The notes beneath the pieces were generated by a model. That model worked only from the letters and a program-made list of their open reading frames with translations, ran no database searches and had not been told where the DNA came from. A DNA stretch of 63,601 bases, counting the filler, from Octopus bimaculoides (taxonomy: Eukaryota): NCBI RefSeq assembly GCF_001194135.2. It is 4 parts of 4 records of this genome, joined end to end, with 100 filler letters (N's around TTAATTAATTAA, not from the genome) between each part and the next. Parts side by side here need not be neighbours in the genome. Positions count along the whole stretch, not along the records: positions 27,089 to 45,056 come from NC_069007.1; positions 45,157 to 59,779 come from NC_068986.1; 2 more parts are not named here. One strand, given 5' to 3'. Position numbers and translations under genes: made by a program. Positions 38,474 to 49,949 of this stretch are shown here, piece after piece (the first letter of the stretch is position 1; each line of letters starts with the position of its first letter).

Positions 38474-39339
38474 AAGACCACCGAAAACACTAAAGAAAAT
38501 TGATTATATTTCAGGTTTTTCATGTCATTTAAATTAATTTGACCGTTCTGCAGATAACTGTGCACTTATTTTCCAAAAATGGATTGCAGGGGGCCGATTT
38601 GTAGGTGTATGGGCTCCTATTTCTAGCAATCCATGTACTGTCTATTTCACTGTAATGTCTATATATCCTTATTAAAAGCAAAACTTGTTTGTTTGTGTCT
38701 ACGTAGACCACCGAAAACACTAAAGAAAATTGATTATATTTCAGGTTTTTCATGTCATTTAAATTAATTTGACCATTCCACAGATAACTGTGCAATTGTT
38801 TTCTGAAAATGGAATGGTGGGTGGGTAGGGTGAGTTAGGGGTGTATTGACTCCTATTTCTGGCTATCCACGCATTGTCTATTTCTCTAATGCTTTTTACG
38901 GAGTGACAAAAACTACTCCACATACCACTCAATCCATCTCTAACTTTCTCTAAGTTTATACATTTATTTCTTTGAAGTTGCCATCAGATCTCTGCTTTCT
39001 CTCTGACTACGTGTCCCTCTCTCTATGTCTCTATCTCACTCACTCTCTCTGGTTGTATATGTTTGTCTCTCTCACTACCTCTACCTCTTTTTCTCTCTAG
39101 AGAAAAAACAAAACAAATGACAAACAGTGAAAGAGGGTTATGGAGAAAAAAACAAGTGAGACGCCAGACCTGCTATCTCTCTGTTTATATGTCTCTCTCT
39201 ATGTCTCTATCTCTCTCACTATCTCCCCCCCCCTCTCTCTCTCTCTCGTTGTACACAGACATGACAGAATTAAATAGACACCCCACAAAACATCGTTTTA
39301 TGTTTATTCTTGTAAAGGCTTATATTTTTTATTAATTGA

Positions 39340-39960
39340 CATTTTTTATGTTTGTTATGTATGTGTGTATGTATGTATGTATGTGTGCATATCTATGTAT
39401 GTGTGTATGTGTGTGTGTATGTATGTATGTACGCATGTATGTGTGCGTATGTGTGTATCTATGTATGTGTGTGTGTATGTATGTACGTATGTATGTGTGT
39501 GTATGTATGCATGTATGTGTGCGTATGTGTGTATCTATGTATGTGTGTGTATGTATGTATGTATGTACGTACGCATGTATGTGTGCGTATGTGTGTATGT
39601 ATGTATGTGTGTGTGTATGTATGTATGTACGTATGTGTGTATGTATGTATGTATGTATGTGTGTATGGATGGATGGATGAATGTATGTGTGTCTATGCAT
39701 TAGCTTACATGTCTAAGTGAATGCTTGAGTGTGTGTATGTAAATGTGTGTATGCATGCATGAGTGTGTGTGTGTGTGTACAGGAGTATGTGTATGTGTGT
39801 GATTGTAAGTTTGTGTATCTGTATATGTGTGTGTGTGTGTATGTGTGTGAGTAAGTATCCCTGAATGTATATGTGCATGTGGAGGGATGCATGTGTGCAT
39901 TTTTGTATTTGTATGTGTATGTGTGTGCACGAGCATGTGTGTGTGTGTGTATGTGTGCGT
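39340..39960. repeat. Compound (GT)n/(GTAT)n low-complexity tract
   Basis: Directly visible. Confidence 0.95.
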
Positions 39961-40189
39961 GCAGATATCTATTATTATTTATCCTCAATTCAGCCATAAC
40001 CCAGGAGACATCTGACCAACGACCTTCCAACCATGACAACCTTGTCTTTCTATCTAATATTTCTTTTTTATCTTCCAAATATCAGTTTGTGGTTGGCAGT
40101 AAATTTGGCTGCTATTTCTAGCAGGTTGAATAATCACATAGAATAATCCATTCCAGAATGTTTAAGCTGAAGGGGATTCCGGTGACAAT

Positions 40190-40680
40190 AGAAGTGGTGG
40201 AGGTGGTGATGCTTGTGATGGTGATGATGATGATGACAGTGGTAGGGGCTGTGTTGGTAGCGGTTGTGGTTCTTGGTGGTAGTGTTGGTGCTGACAATGA
40301 TGAGGGTGGTGGTGGTGACGCTGATGATGGTGCCGATGATGGTAATAATGGTGTGGCTGTGGGGATGGTAGCAGTGGTGGTTGTGTTGGTGGTAGTAATG
40401 GTGATGATGGTGATGATAGTTATGATGATGATGATGGTGGTGATGGTAGTGGTAATGGTTCAGTTGGTGATGATGATGATGGTAGCAGTGGTGGTTGTAG
40501 TTCTGGTGTTGGTGATGAAGGCAGTGGTGTCAGTGGTGGTGATGATGATGGTTGTGGTGGTAGTGGTTGTGTTGGTGATGATGATGATGATGGTAGTAGA
40601 GATGGAGGTGATGGTGGTAACGACAATGACAGTGGTGGTGGTGGTGGTGGTGGTGGTGGTGGTGGTGGTGGTAATGGCCT
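40190..40680. repeat. Degenerate (GGT)n/(GAT)n trinucleotide tract
   Basis: Directly visible; explains the poly-V/M ORF. Confidence 0.9.
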
Positions 40681-40699
40681 GAGTAAATTTTGTTTGATG

Positions 40700-41025
40700 T
40701 TGTTGTTGTTGCTGTTGTTTAACCCCGAGTCAACTCTGATCAAGCAAACCTATGATCAGCCGTGCATTTAACTGCAACAAGGGTCAGGTCACATCCTGCC
40801 AGCTCACATCTTTCCACGGGGTCTTAGAATTAACGCCGCTGGATATGGTGAGATGCCAGAAACAGTTGTTAATGCACATTACCATTTTGCATCCAATGGA
40901 ACATGCTTGCTTCACTTCTTCCAGGTTCTTCATAAGTCTTCTGCATTCAAAGACCACATCTAACTACCATGCAGCATCACAATTCTGACACAAGCATTGT
41001 ACAACTTCCCTTTCATTCTGAAGAA
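40700..41025 (-). mobile_element. RTE LINE 3' end with (AAC)n tail
   Basis: GKLYNACVRIVMLHGS.MWSLNAEDL motif; GTT repeats at 40697-40720. Confidence 0.7.
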
Positions 41026-41157
41026 GAAAACCCTGCAGCTGACGGTGCTAGTAGACCCCTGAATCCTTTCTTAATTTATTATAATGCTGATCCCTATACT
41101 TATGTCACCTAGGTAACAGAAATTACTGACTACTTCTAGTAAGGTATTTGGGTTTTG

Positions 41158-41785
41158 AATCCTTTAGAATTTAAACTGGCCATATCTACCTATTCTACCT
41201 ATTCTATAACCAGATCCAGCCTCTCTTACACCTACCCCATGATGTCATTCTAAAAGAAATATTATCATATCATAGGAGTGGCTGTGTGGTAAGTAGCTTG
41301 CTTACCAACCACATGGTTCCGGGTTCAGTTCCACTGCGTGGCACTTTGGGCAAGTGGCTTCTACTATAGCCTCGGGCCGACCAAAGCCTTGTGAGTGGAT
41401 TTAGTAGATGGAAACTGAAAGAAGCCCGTCGTATATATGTATATATATATATGTATGTGTGTGTGTATATATGTTTGTGTGTCTTTGTTTGTCCTCCCAA
41501 CATCGCTTGTCAACCGATGCTGGTGTGTTTATGTCCCCGTAACTTAGCGGTTCGGCAAAATAGACCGATAGAATAAGTACTAGGCTTAGAAACAATAAGT
41601 CCTGGGGGCCATTTGCTCGACTAAAGGCGGTGCTCTAGCATGGTCACAGTCAAATGACTGAAACAAGTAAAAGAGTAAAAGAGTATATCATTAAAATTTT
41701 AAAGCTATGAGATAGTGCATGATGAATTCAAAATGAGAATGGATGAGAATTACATTCGACAAAGTAATCTGAATGCTAAAGGGTT
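41158..41785. mobile_element. piggyBac-like MITE interrupted by a SINE A insertion
   Basis: Ends CCTTTAGAATT and AATGCTAAAGG are inverted; the two halves align with 36594-36740. Confidence 0.55.
41274..41684 (+). mobile_element. Full-length SINE family A with 7-bp target-site duplication ATATCAT
   Basis: ATATCAT at 41267-41273 and 41685-41691. Confidence 0.9.
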
Positions 41786-41934
41786 GAGAGAGTCTTTAAC
41801 TGGAATGTTCTTTGTGTATTTTCCTCCAAAGTTTACCAAAGTTTACCTTTGTTGTTAGCTTACCTGGGATCCAACTACACCTCGTGTGTGTCCAAAACTT
41901 ACATTGGGTAACAATAGATACAGTTCCTATCTTG

Positions 41935-42279
41935 GTTGTTGGCACTCCGTCGCTTACGACGTCGAGGTTTCCAGTTGATCCGATAAAACGGAACAGCCTG
42001 CTCGGGAAATTAACGTGCAAGTGGTTGAGCACTCCACAGACATGTGTACCCTTAATGCAGTTCTCGGGGATATTCAGTATGACACAATGTTACAAGGCTG
42101 ACCCTTTGAAGTACAGGCACAACAGAAACAGGAAGTAAGAGTGAGAGAAAGTTGTGGTGGAAGAGTACAGCAGGGTTCGCCACCATCCCCTGCCGGAGCC
42201 TCGTGGAGCTTTGGGTGTTTTCGTTCAATAAACACTCACAACGCCCGGTCTGGGTATCGAAACCGCGATCCTATGACCG
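41935..42279 (-). mobile_element. SINE family B, 5'-truncated
   Basis: Reverse complement of family B; lacks the A box. Confidence 0.88.
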
Positions 42280-42667
42280 TAAAATAGTAAAACAAAAAAT
42301 AATGTGTATTTTTGTATAAATAAAGTGGAACTTTATTTATATTTGTGAAGTTTCCTTCTACTTTTTTTAATTGCAAAGTCTTTGATCAGATTCTCAAAAT
42401 TAATCCTATGTAATATGTCTGTATCTATACTTAGAAGAAACAAGGTATCCTGAATAGCTTGGCTCACGTGATAGTGTTATTAACAGGGCTGGATTAAGAC
42501 CCATTGAGGCTCTAAGCTCTTAGAAGATTCTGATGATCCCATCTATATATAATTCAAATATAAACAATATTAAGTTATAAAATAAATTCCTATTTTTCAA
42601 AATGAAGCAAAACTAACAATAAAATGGAAAACAGTGTTTAATTTTGCATACTTCCACTTTATTTCTA

Positions 42668-42895
42668 TTGGGTTGTCCGGAAAGTTCGTACCTATTTATA
42701 GTAGCTTACCTTTTGACTTATTTGCCATGAAACCACCTCAATTCTCGGAAGAGGGTATTTTCAAGTCAAAGGAAAGATGGAGACGCATTGTGCAACAAAA
42801 TGGTTCATATTTGGTTGATTAAAAATGTAATGGCAAGTATTTATTGACCTTTTTATTTCCTCTAAAAATCGGCACGAACTTTCAGGACAACCCAA
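42668..42895 (+). mobile_element. 228-bp mariner-derived MITE
   Basis: TIRs TTGGGTTGTCCGGAAAGTTCGT and ACGAACTTTCAGGACAACCCAA, TA flanks; retains a transposase tail (EEGIFK..ERWRRIVQQNGSYLVD). Confidence 0.85.
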
Positions 42896-43497
42896 TATTT
42901 GAAAATTTTTCTCACACGCTTTTTTTTTTTTAATTGCCAAGTCTTTGATTAGATCCTCAGAATTAATCTTATGTTTAAAATGATTTTTTTTTTGTGTTGT
43001 AAAGCATTTANNNNNNNNNNNNNNNNNNNNNNNNNNNNNNNNNNNNNNNNNNNNNNNNNNNNNNNNNNNNNNNNNNNNNNNNNNNNNNNNNNNNNNNNNN
43101 NNNNNNNNNNNNNNNNNNNNNNNNNNNNNNNNNNNNNNNNNNNNNNNNNNNNNNNNNNNNNNNNNNNNNNNNNNNNNNNNNNNNNNNNNNNNNNNNNNNN
43201 NNNNNNNNNNNNNNNNNNNNNNNNNNNNNNNNNNNNNNNNNNNNNNNNNNNNNNNNNNNNNNNNNNNNNNNNNNNNNNNNNNNNNNNNNNNNNNNNNNNN
43301 NNNNNNNNNNNNNNNNNNNNNNNNNNNNNNNNNNNNNNNNNNNNNNNNNNNNNNNNNNNNNNNNNNNNNNNNNNNNNNNNNNNNNNNNNNNNNNNNNNNN
43401 NNNNNNNNNNNNNNNNNNNNNNNNNNNNNNNNNNNNNNNNNNNNNNNNNNNNNNNNNNNNNNNNNNNNNNNNNNNNNNNNNNNNNNNNNNNNNNNNN

Positions 43498-43705
43498 TGT
43501 GTGTCTGTGTTTGTCCCCCCACCATCACTTGACAACCGATGCTGGTGTGTTACGTCCCCGTAACTTAGCGGTTCGGCAAAAAGGGCCCGATAGAATAAGT
43601 ACTAGGCTTACAAAGTATAAGTCTTGGGGTCGATTTGCTCGACTAAAGGCGGTGCTCCAGCATGGCCGCAGTCAAATGACTGAAACAAGTGAAAGAGTAA
43701 AAGAG
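43498..43705 (+). mobile_element. SINE family A, 3' half (head in gap)
   Basis: Alignment to family A. Confidence 0.85.
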
Positions 43706-44208
43706 TACAAGAGTATGGACATATTAAACGCGCTCCAATTTCAGCCGCGTATATTCAAGAAAAATTATTTTTACGTCAATAAAGCAAGTTTAACATCAAA
43801 TATAGGATCTGGTATGACTTTATGATGATAATGTTTTGGAAGCAAACACATCTCGTATGCTATCAAATACGGTAAACAATCTGAAGCTTAGGGGTTAGCA
43901 ACCTGAGTTGCTATGAAGGCAAATAAACATATGTAAACAACAAATAGAAATGTGTTGCAAGGGAAGTAACTCTAATGTAAATACTTGTGTGAGTTATTTC
44001 CCTTATTTGAAGACCACCTAGCATCCTTCAATCAGTAATAACTAGAAATGTTATTTAGGACGTTCCCGATATGACCATCCTGACTTTCATACTAGCATTG
44101 GTAATATATCTTTTACTAGACTATGAACGTGTTCTCTTATAGGAGCATTGGGTATAAAGTGAGGACGATTTGACTGCTATTTCCCACGAACATGTGATCC
44201 TTATCTGG

Positions 44209-44272
44209 GGGTCCACATGTCCCTTGTGGGTCCACATGTCCCTTGTGGGTCCACATGTCCCTTGTGGGTCCA
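44209..44272. repeat. 19-bp tandem repeat, about 3.4 copies (GGGTCCACATGTCCCTTGT)
   Basis: Units start at 44209, 44228, 44247 and 44266. Confidence 0.95.
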
Positions 44273-44783
44273 GATAAGATTTTGTTGTTAAAATTTATGT
44301 GCAATAAAATTGGTCAAACTTCAACAACACAATACTTTCACAGATTTTTCTTTATACAATTCCTAATAATTTTTAATTGTAATTAATAATATTTAATTAC
44401 AGGACTTTTTAAAGTATGGAATGGGTATGAGGCAAAGTCATCTTTGGCCGGATTTGAACTCACAATCCAAAGAACCAGAGAAATTACTGCCAAATATCTT
44501 GCCCGTGCTCAAACAGATCTACCAACCCAAAACCTTTGAATAAAACAAGGTATCAGCTATATATTGGTGTCAATGGTATTAATCAAGCCCCCACCCAACT
44601 TAAATTTTCTGGCCTTGTACCAAAATTAGAAAGAGTTATTCACTGAGGTCAGCATTTCCTTTCATTCATTTGGGGTCGATAAAATAAGTACCAGTTGGAC
44701 ACTGAGGTTGATGTAATCAGATTATCCTCTCCACCAACATTGATGCCCTTGTGACAAAATTTGAAATTATTATTATTATATGT

Positions 44784-45056
44784 GGAGGCGCAATGGCCCT
44801 GTGGTTAGGGCAGCGGACTCACGGTCATAGGATTGCGGTTTCGATTCCCAGACCGGGCATTGTGAGTGTTTATTGAGCGAAAACACCTAAAAGCTCCACG
44901 AGGCTCCGGCAGGGGATGGTGGCGAACCCTGTTGTACTCTTTCACCACAACTTTCTCTCACTCTTACTTCCTGTTTCTGTTGTGCCTGTAATTCAAAGGG
45001 TCAGCCTTGTCACACTCTGTGTCACGCTGAATATCCCCGAGAACTACGTTAAGGGT
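44784..45056 (+). mobile_element. SINE family B, cut by the spacer
   Basis: A and B boxes and body match family B. Confidence 0.88.
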
Positions 45057-45156
45057 NNNNNNNNNNNNNNNNNNNNNNNNNNNNNNNNNNNNNNNNNNNN
45101 TTAATTAATTAANNNNNNNNNNNNNNNNNNNNNNNNNNNNNNNNNNNNNNNNNNNN
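45057..45156. other. Artificial scaffold spacer
   Basis: 44 N + TTAATTAATTAA (45101-45112) + 44 N. Confidence 0.92.
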
Positions 45157-45197
<41 letters not shown>

Positions 45198-45665
45198 ATA
45201 TATACATATAGGCATGTATGTATGTGTGTGTCGGAGTGTAAAGGTGTATGCATACTCTCTCTCACACATACACACAAAGCCACACACATATGTATGTATG
45301 AATATTTGTGCAATATATCAATGGGTATGAGCATGTATTTGTGCCGCTGTATATAACACACAAACACACACACATATACAGATGTGTGTGTGTGTCTTTG
45401 TGTGTGCAAACATGGAATAAAAGTAGAATAGAATTGTAAATGAAATGAATTAATACCATATCAATAATCATGAGTTATGTCATATGGAGAATAGATTCAC
45501 AAGTTATATACATCTAAATTTGAACACGTACCAAATTATATAAGTTTATATATATACATGCAGATACATTCATATAAAAAAAAGTTCTGCATTTTCTTTT
45601 CCCCTTTTCTCTATCTCCTTCTTTTCCTCTTTTGATTACTTTCTATATATACATACATACATACA

Positions 45666-45705
<40 letters not shown>

Positions 45706-47595
45706 TATATACATATACGCATATATATATATGTATATATGTGTATGTATGTATATATTTGTGTGTGTGTGTGCATGCCTGTGTAATTATGTATATACAT
45801 GCCTTATTGTATATTTGTCAGTTTCCTACATATTGAAGTCTTCATAACAATAGAATTTGATAGAAAACCATTGTTATTAACGATTATGGCGTTGATGCCA
45901 AGAATAAAAGAACCAAACGCTTTAATTTTTTTTTTCTAATATTCTGTTTTGAAATTTCACCAACAGCAATATTATTGAATGGGTGGAATGAAGTGATCGG
46001 ATAAAACAATGTTTTAAGCAGAATGCTATAAATTAACACATACATATTTATCATTTTTTTTTTGTTCATTTCGCTTTATATTCTCGAAAACTCCACTTTA
46101 GATAGCGTTGTTTCTTTTTTTTTTACGTTATATCACAGTTATTTCATATACGAAATTATATCCCTGAAATTAATAATATTAAATATATTGAATACACGCA
46201 CTTGCGCATGCACATACTCACACACTCACACACGCAAACACGCATATACACACATATATGTACGTACATATGGTTGTATATGTATTTATATATTTGAATA
46301 TATACTTATATATATATATATATNNNNNNNNNNNNNNNNNNNNNNNNNNNNNNNNNNNNNNNNNNNNNNNNNNNNNNNNNNNNNNNNNNNNNNNNNNNNN
46401 NNNNNNNNNNNNNNNNNNNNNNNNNNNNNNNNNNNNNNNNNNNNNNNNNNNNNNNNNNNNNNNNNNNNNNNNNNNNNNNNNNNNNNNNNNNNNNNNNNNN
46501 NNNNNNNNNNNNNNNNNNNNNNNNNNNNNNNNNNNNNNNNNNNNNNNNNNNNNNNNNNNNNNNNNNNNNNNNNNNNNNNNNNNNNNNNNNNNNNNNNNNN
46601 NNNNNNNNNNNNNNNNNNNNNNNNNNNNNNNNNNNNNNNNNNNNNNNNNNNNNNNNNNNNNNNNNNNNNNNNNNNNNNNNNNNNNNNNNNNNNNNNNNNN
46701 NNNNNNNNNNNNNNNNNNNNNNNNNNNNNNNNNNNNNNNNNNNNNNNNNATATATATATATATATATATATATATACAAATAGCTAGAGATATAGACAGA
46801 TGAGAACAGGGAGAGAGAGGGGGCGGAGAGAGAGGGGGCGGAGAGAGAGGGCAGAGAGAGACGAGGGAGTAAATAGCCGTTTGGTAAAGAAATATACATC
46901 ACAGCGTCTGAGTTTTGAGTTCGATTCCACGACTCGAATCATTGTAACATATAACTTGTAATTTGTAGCATATCCTTGGATTAACAGATACCATATGAAT
47001 AAAATTTCTTATACGGAATATGTGTGGAATCCTGAAAATTTTGTTTAAGAAAATTTAGTTGAATCAAAAATAATATTGAGTATTTGAATTGATTTGACAA
47101 AGACTTTAACAGTATGTTTCGAAAGAAGAAAAATGTGACGAATCAAATGAAGAGAAGCGTGGGAGGCCTTGTATTCAACGTCAATTCAAACGATGGAAAT
47201 GGAGAGTCTTCCAAAGTTTTCATAGCTGAATCCCACCGTAAAAAAAAATGAAGTGTTGCCGAATTGAATACCCTTGTTTTGTTGCATCAACATAAAACCC
47301 GTGTTGCACGTGGAGGTGTTTTTAACAACAGCGAGAATTTAAGTGATATCCGCTGAACCACTGAAGAATAAAAAGAAAAACACCGCAAATGCTACGCGAA
47401 CAGTCACATGTCTTTAAAAAATGTTGCATCATCATTTAATCGTCAATAATTCGTCGTCTGATTTCGAATATCAAGAAATAGACATGTAGATAATCGAAGA
47501 AATCATACGACCTCTTATCGGATTCCTTTACAATGTTTGCGAGTGAAGGAACTCTAAGATGTTCTGCAGGAGAACAAATAGCGTTGGTTGGCTTG

Positions 47596-49224
47596 TGGCG
47601 ACGAAGATAGAGATTATTCACATAGATGAATTTATTTCACTAGTGAATCGTAAGGCAGCAGTGAGGTGATGGAATTTTGTATTGAAGGTTTTTGTGTTGA
47701 AAAACTGAAGCAGAGATTATCCAATCATCTTTAACGAAGCTCAAATTAAAGAACGAATGGGAATTTCAGGCTGCTGAGTAACAACTACAACAGCAACAGT
47801 TATTGGAGGTATACGCAAAGACGTCCGAAAATGCGGTCAGTTCGATTTTGCCAGACAGCGTATCAAACTCCATAACATCATTCAATAATAACCCAGAGGA
47901 GGATATAACTTTCGCAGCTTACTACAGAAGGTACGAGGAGATTTCTAAGAAAGATTGCAAAACATGGTTGGATGCAGAAAAAAGTAAGTTTATTATTATG
48001 TAAATTAGCTCCGTCTGAGCATGCCGATACGGTAATTCATACTGCCCAAAATGTCTAGTGAAATTTGCTTTCAGGAAACAATCAAATTACGGTCTAACGT
48101 GTTCGGTGATAAAACTTCTCCATTTAACACTCGACTGGAAAGTTGGAATTTAACTAAAAAAGGATGATGACATTATTACGTATGCAGAGACAGTTAACAG
48201 AATGCGTGAAATTTTTTAACTTAAAGAACTTACTCTTGAGATGATTAAGTGCCTCATTTGTGTACATGGCCTTACAGCAAGTGGAGATACAGAAATACGG
48301 GCAAGAATTCTTTCAAAACGTGGACATGTGACCTAAAATTTAACCCTGTAGACTGTTGCAGAAGAGTGTCAGGGGATGGTGACCTTGAAACATGACGTAA
48401 GAAGAACTGAAAGAAAGGATTTCGCAAAAATACAGATATGTAGACCGAGAAAGTACAACCAAAGAAGATTGCTAGGTCTTAATCTATGTTAGTGATGTGG
48501 AGGACAAACATTTCTGGAAAGATTGTCCTTTTAAAAACCATAAATTACGACAGTAAGAGACACTAATCCAATTAAAGTTGAGTGAGACTGAAAAACGAAA
48601 GGAAATGCCAGTGGAAGTCTGCTGTGGCATGTCTGAGGTGTCAGCATAAAATGAGATTGAGCATCATAGATGCAGCAGTAGAAGGAGGAAATAGAGTCTA
48701 CACTTAGAATAATCCTTTCTACAATAGGTATAAGACCTGAAATTTCGCGGATGCGACAAGTCGATTACATCGACTCCAATGTTACGCTGTTACTTAATTT
48801 ATCGACCCCGAATGAATTTGAGGCAAACTTGACCTCGGAAGCATTTGAACTCAGAACATAGCGACGGGCGAAATACTGCTAAGCATCAGGCTTGTAAATG
48901 ATTCAATCAGATCACCACCTTTGTACACTTTGGAAAAAGAAAAAGAAAAAGAAAAGAAATTTCACATCTTAAGGACGTCGAGATCTCAAAAGGAGAGATG
49001 TTATGATGAGATATACGACGCACCTTGTGAAAAATAGACTGGACTGAGTGATGATGAATAGTAGAGGGCGGAGTGAAGTTCGAGTGTTCGGTTGGTTAGT
49101 TCGCTTGGAATATTGTTGGTTCATGAAGAGATGATTGGAATGTCACATTGTTATTACGGCTGCATCGTTATCTTATTTACTGTTACTACACTGGTACTGT
49201 GTATGTAAACCATCCGTCACAATA
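47596..49224 (+). mobile_element. Second Mag-like gypsy derivative: PBS, decayed gag, no pol, polypurine tract, 3' LTR (48999-49224)
   Basis: TGGCGACGAAGAT at 47596; gag EMIKCLICVHGLTASGDTEIRARILSK matches EMFKCLIFIQDLTVSEDTEIQARILSK of the first element; AAAAGGAGAGA then TGTTATGA...TCACAATA, homologous to 3802-4058. Confidence 0.8.
48712..48895 (-). mobile_element. SINE family C, inserted in the gypsy derivative
   Basis: Aligns with 57820-58030 and 55588-55780. Confidence 0.7.
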
Positions 49225-49572
49225 ACGTGGGGCACCACAACATTTGGAAACGGAAGATAAACAGTTCTTTAGGAGAATATTGATATTTTTACCTTTATAA
49301 TGATATGTTATTGAGATGCCGAATACTACTAAGAGCATATGGTGACGATAAGTGGTTAGTAAATGCCTTTGGCTGTACGAGTTATGTAAATTTCGAAATA
49401 TTGGGTAGAACCTATTTGATTTTTACATATCTATTGTTTAGAATTTTTCAAAAATATAATAGCCATTTAATATAAGAGACATTGCATTGCGAAACGTGTT
49501 CTAATATATATATGTGTGGACGTATGTGTGAATATATATATATATACATATAAATATGTATATATATGTAAA

Positions 49573-49613
<41 letters not shown>

Positions 49614-49917
49614 NNNNNNNNNNNNNNNNNNNNNNNNNNNNNNNNNNNNNNNNNNNNNNNNNNNNNNNNNNNNNNNNNNNNNNNNNNNNNNNNNNNNNNN
49701 NNNNNNNNNNNNNNNNNNNNNNNNNNNNNNNNNNNNNNNNNNNNNNNNNNNNNNNNNNNNNNNNNNNNNNNNNNNNNNNNNNNNNNNNNNNNNNNNNNNN
49801 NNNNNNNNNNNNNNNNNNNNNNNNNNNNNNNNNNNNNNNNNNNNNNNNNNNNNNNNNNNNNNNNNNNNNNNNNNNNNNNNNNNNNNNNNNNNNNNNNNNN
49901 NNNNNNNNNNNNNNNNN

Positions 49918-49949
<32 letters not shown>

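Noticed and set aside
39332-39720. HTHT, CVCV and YIYI ORFs here and throughout the window
   Set aside because: Products of (CA)n, (GT)n and (TA)n microsatellites.
40158-40682. 174-aa hydrophobic V/M-rich ORF and the antisense poly-Pro ORF
   Set aside because: Translation of a (GGT)/(GAT) low-complexity tract; no domain or splice context.
41856-41934. Two strong minus-strand donor motifs next to the SINE B copy
   Set aside because: No credible acceptor or recognisable peptide.
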